Assembly (NCBI GenBank): GCA_049521175.1
Contig: JBEKPB010000003.1
Span: 6,704-70,703, forward strand
Direction: 5' to 3'
Length of the DNA: 64,000 bases
From: Candidatus Limnocylindrales bacterium
GTDB lineage: Bacteria; Chloroflexota; Limnocylindria; Limnocylindrales; CSP1-4
The position numbers and the translations under genes are program-made. Under the pieces are notes generated by a model that searched no databases, had not been told where the DNA came from, and saw only the letters and a list, made by a program, of their open reading frames with translations. The first letter of the stretch is position 1. Each line of letters begins with the position of its first letter. Below are positions 61,762-64,000 of this stretch, one piece after another.

Positions 61762-63353
61762 ACCGCCGCACCGGCACGCTGCTCGCGGCGATCCTGGGCT
61801 CGGCGATCGTCTTCCTGGACTCGACCGTGGTGAACGTCGCGCTGCAGCGGATCGGTCAGGATCTGCCGAGCGCCAACCTCGGGGCCCTCGAGGGTGAGTC
61901 CTACGTCTATAACGCCTACCTGCTCAGCCTCAGCGCGCTGCTGATCCTCGCCGGCGCCCTCGCCGACGCGTACGGTCGGCGCCGCCTCTTCGTCATCGGC
62001 CTCGTCGGTTTCGGCGGCTCGTCGATCCTGTGCGGGGTCGCCCCCAGCATGGAGACGCTGATCGTCTTCCGCATCGTCCAGGGCGGAGCCGGAGCGTTGC
62101 TGGTGCCCGGATCGCTGGCCTTGCTGACGCACACCTTCGAAGGCGCCGAGCGTGGCCGCGCCATCGGATTGTGGGCTGCCGCATCGGCCGCAACCGTCAT
62201 CCTCGGTCCGGTGATCGGTGGCGTTCTGGTCGAGACGATCTCGTGGCGAGCGGTCTTCTTCATGAACGTGCCGCTGATCGCGATCGCGCTATTCGCCGCA
62301 TGGCGGTACGTGGAGGAGAGCAGCGATCCGAACGCAGGCCGCTCGTTCGATTGGCTGGGCGCCGCGGTAGTCGCAGTGGCAGTGGGCGGTCTCACGTTCG
62401 GGGCCATCTACGGGCAGCAGCATCAGTGGGATAGCCCGGTTGGTCCCGCGTTCATCGTCGTGGGGGCGGCGGCAACCGTCCTGTTCGTGATTCTGATGGC
62501 CCGCGGCCGCAATCCACTGGTACCGCTCGGTCTCTTCCGCTCGCGCAACTTCGCGGTGACGAACCTCTCGACGTTCCTCATCTACGGCGCCCTGTACGTG
62601 ACCGGGTATCAGCAGTCGATCTTCAGCCAGGGCACGCTCGGCTACTCCGCCGCTGCGGCGGGCTTCATCGGCGTGCCGGGCGCGCTGATCCTGGTCCTGC
62701 TGTCGTCGCGGTTCGGCGTCCTGTGCGTCCGTTACGGGCCGAGGCTGTTCATGACCGTCGGCCCAGTGTTGATGGCGGTCGGCATCCTTTGGCTGACGCG
62801 AATGCCGGCGAGCAGCCCCGCCTGGAACCTCCAACCCGGCGATCCGTCCACGTGGCTCCCGTCGACCGGGTACCTGGCGGACTTCCTGCCGGAGACGATC
62901 CTCTTCGGGCTTGGTCTCGCGACGACCGTGGCTCCGCTGACGACCGCGCTGATGTCCTCCGTGCCTGAGAATCGCGCCGGGCTCGGTTCGGCCGTCAACA
63001 ACGCCATCTCGAGGGTCGGCCCGCAGCTCGCCGGGGCTCTGATCTTCGTGGCGATCACAGGTGCCTTCTACGCCGATCTCTCGTCCAAGGTACCGGGGAT
63101 CGACACCTCCTCGGCCCAGGTTCGGCAGGAGGTCTCGCCCCTCAACCGCCCGGACCCTGCGGCGAGTCCGGCCCTGGCGAACGGCGCCCGGGAGGCGTCC
63201 ACCGATTCGTTCCGACTGGCGATGGGGATCGCCGCAGGGCTGCTCCTGGCCGGAGCGATCACGAACGGCATCGGGATACGAAACCCCAGGGTCACCGGCG
63301 CTAGCGATTCCGAAGCGCCCGAGACGGCTACGGCTGGCGTCGCCGCGGCCTAG
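61758..63353 (+). CDS. MFS transporter, DHA2-like (14 TM)
   Basis: ATGA overlap with the cyclase gene; characteristic MFS N-terminal motifs (LDSTVVNVAL, GRRRLF). Confidence 0.8.
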   Translation: MNRRTGTLLAAILGSAIVFLDSTVVNVALQRIGQDLPSANLGALEGESYVYNAYLLSLSALLILAGALADAYGRRRLFVIGLVGFGGSSILCGVAPSMETLIVFRIVQGGAGALLVPGSLALLTHTFEGAERGRAIGLWAAASAATVILGPVIGGVLVETISWRAVFFMNVPLIAIALFAAWRYVEESSDPNAGRSFDWLGAAVVAVAVGGLTFGAIYGQQHQWDSPVGPAFIVVGAAATVLFVILMARGRNPLVPLGLFRSRNFAVTNLSTFLIYGALYVTGYQQSIFSQGTLGYSAAAAGFIGVPGALILVLLSSRFGVLCVRYGPRLFMTVGPVLMAVGILWLTRMPASSPAWNLQPGDPSTWLPSTGYLADFLPETILFGLGLATTVAPLTTALMSSVPENRAGLGSAVNNAISRVGPQLAGALIFVAITGAFYADLSSKVPGIDTSSAQVRQEVSPLNRPDPAASPALANGAREASTDSFRLAMGIAAGLLLAGAITNGIGIRNPRVTGASDSEAPETATAGVAAA

Positions 63354-63431
63354 CAGTCGGCGGCAGAGTCTCGCTCGAGCTGGGTGGAGAAGGCGCCTTC
63401 GGCCGAGTAGCCGCACGACCACTACCATGAA

Positions 63432-63464
63432 GAACGGCCTGCCCGTTTCCCGGGCAGGCCGTTC
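63432..63464. terminator. Bidirectional rho-independent-type terminator hairpin (14-bp perfect stem, 5-nt loop)
   Basis: GAACGGCCTGCCCG-TTTCC-CGGGCAGGCCGTTC, followed by a T-rich stretch, between convergent genes. Confidence 0.65.
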
Positions 63465-63483
63465 ATTCTGACTCGATAAGCGA

Positions 63484-64000
63484 CTAGAAAGGTCCGTTGG
63501 CGGTCAGCCACTCCTTGGCGATCGTGGGGATGTCCTTCTTGTCGAAGACATATTCGGAGTTCAGCTTGAGGAGCGCATCGGTCGTCATCTTGGCCGAGAC
63601 GCCGTTCAGAATGGCTTCGAAGCCGGCCTTGTCCACCTTGGCCAGCAGATCGTTGCGCACCAGTGGCGCCAGGTTGTCGGCCGGCTGCGTGTGCTTGTCG
63701 TCGGTCAGGACGACCCAACCGTTCTTGAGGATGTCGGGCTGCGTCGAGCACAGCTCACCCACGGTGATCGTACCCGCCGTCAGCGCGTCGACCATGGGCT
63801 GGTCGCACGCCGAAAGCGGCAACGCGCTGGAGAGATCCAGGCCGTAGGCGGTCTTGAGCGCGGCGGCGCACACCGGGTTGGTCTGGCAGTCGGTTGCAAC
63901 GCCGAACTTGAGCTGGGCTTGAACCGCTGTGGTGTCGCTGAGCGAGGCCAGATGGAATTGGTCGGCGGTGGCCTTGGTCACGACGAAGGCGTTCTGGTCG
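63484..64000 (-). CDS. Glycine betaine/choline-type ABC transporter substrate-binding protein (OpuAC/ProX-like), 5'-partial at window edge
   Basis: The C-terminal part of an OpuAC-like periplasmic binding fold is seen; the ORF runs off the right end of the window. Confidence 0.6.
   Translation of the reverse strand, partial: DQNAFVVTKATADQFHLASLSDTTAVQAQLKFGVATDCQTNPVCAAALKTAYGLDLSSALPLSACDQPMVDALTAGTITVGELCSTQPDILKNGWVVLTDDKHTQPADNLAPLVRNDLLAKVDKAGFEAILNGVSAKMTTDALLKLNSEYVFDKKDIPTIAKEWLTANGPF

Overview
A 64 kb, visibly GC-rich window (roughly two-thirds G+C by eye, not computed) that reads as ordinary chromosomal DNA from an actinobacterium-like or Chloroflexi-like organism. This is supported by purine-rich GGAGG-type Shine-Dalgarno sequences, GTG/TTG starts and F420-type enzymes. 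Genes are densely packed on both strands, and several pairs overlap by 4 nt (ATGA/GTGA), which suggests translational coupling.

Recognisable content:
- Signalling: three large PAS-containing sensor kinases, two of them paralogous 2TM/multi-TM-PAS-HisKA-HATPase-REC hybrids and one CheB-CheR-PAS-HK fusion coupled to a LuxR-type response regulator. There is also a cAMP-type module made of two stand-alone cNMP-binding proteins next to a class III cyclase-NB-ARC-TPR protein.
- Transport: three MFS transporters, one ABC exporter pair with its own TetR, an EamA/DMT transporter, a CaCA exchanger and a partial OpuAC/ProX-like binding protein.
- Redox: a complete NAD-reducing (bidirectional, group 3d-like) [NiFe] hydrogenase cluster hoxE-F-U-Y-H plus the hoxW protease, and an F420-flavoured operon (LLM oxidoreductase, DUF385 nitroreductase-like protein, FAD oxidoreductase).
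- Other: a MoxR-DUF58-VWA-VWA (Bat-like) operon; stress proteins (CsbD-like, YceI, GlsB/YeaQ, YggT); a GH3 lipoprotein; an Ig-like/CAP-domain surface protein; and a holin-like/alkaline-phosphatase fusion.

I found no rRNA, tRNA, CRISPR array, transposase or integrase.

The most unusual observations are:
1. An orphan CpaF/TadA-type secretion ATPase translationally fused to a RidA-family domain, bracketed by ~40-nt imperfect direct repeats.
2. An 18-19 nt motif (cGGGTTtTCATCCTCGCGG) present three times in the same orientation upstream of stress or envelope genes.
3. A secreted protein built of tandem two-cysteine repeats with a CTERM-like anchor.
4. Two likely frameshifted pseudogenes (CsbD-like, YbaK-like).
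5. A 23-codon hydrophobic ORF with a good SD.

Many long ORFs in the supplied track are artefactual 5' extensions or antisense arginine-rich frames typical of high-GC DNA. Where I could, I trimmed starts to internal ATG/GTG codons with plausible ribosome-binding sites.
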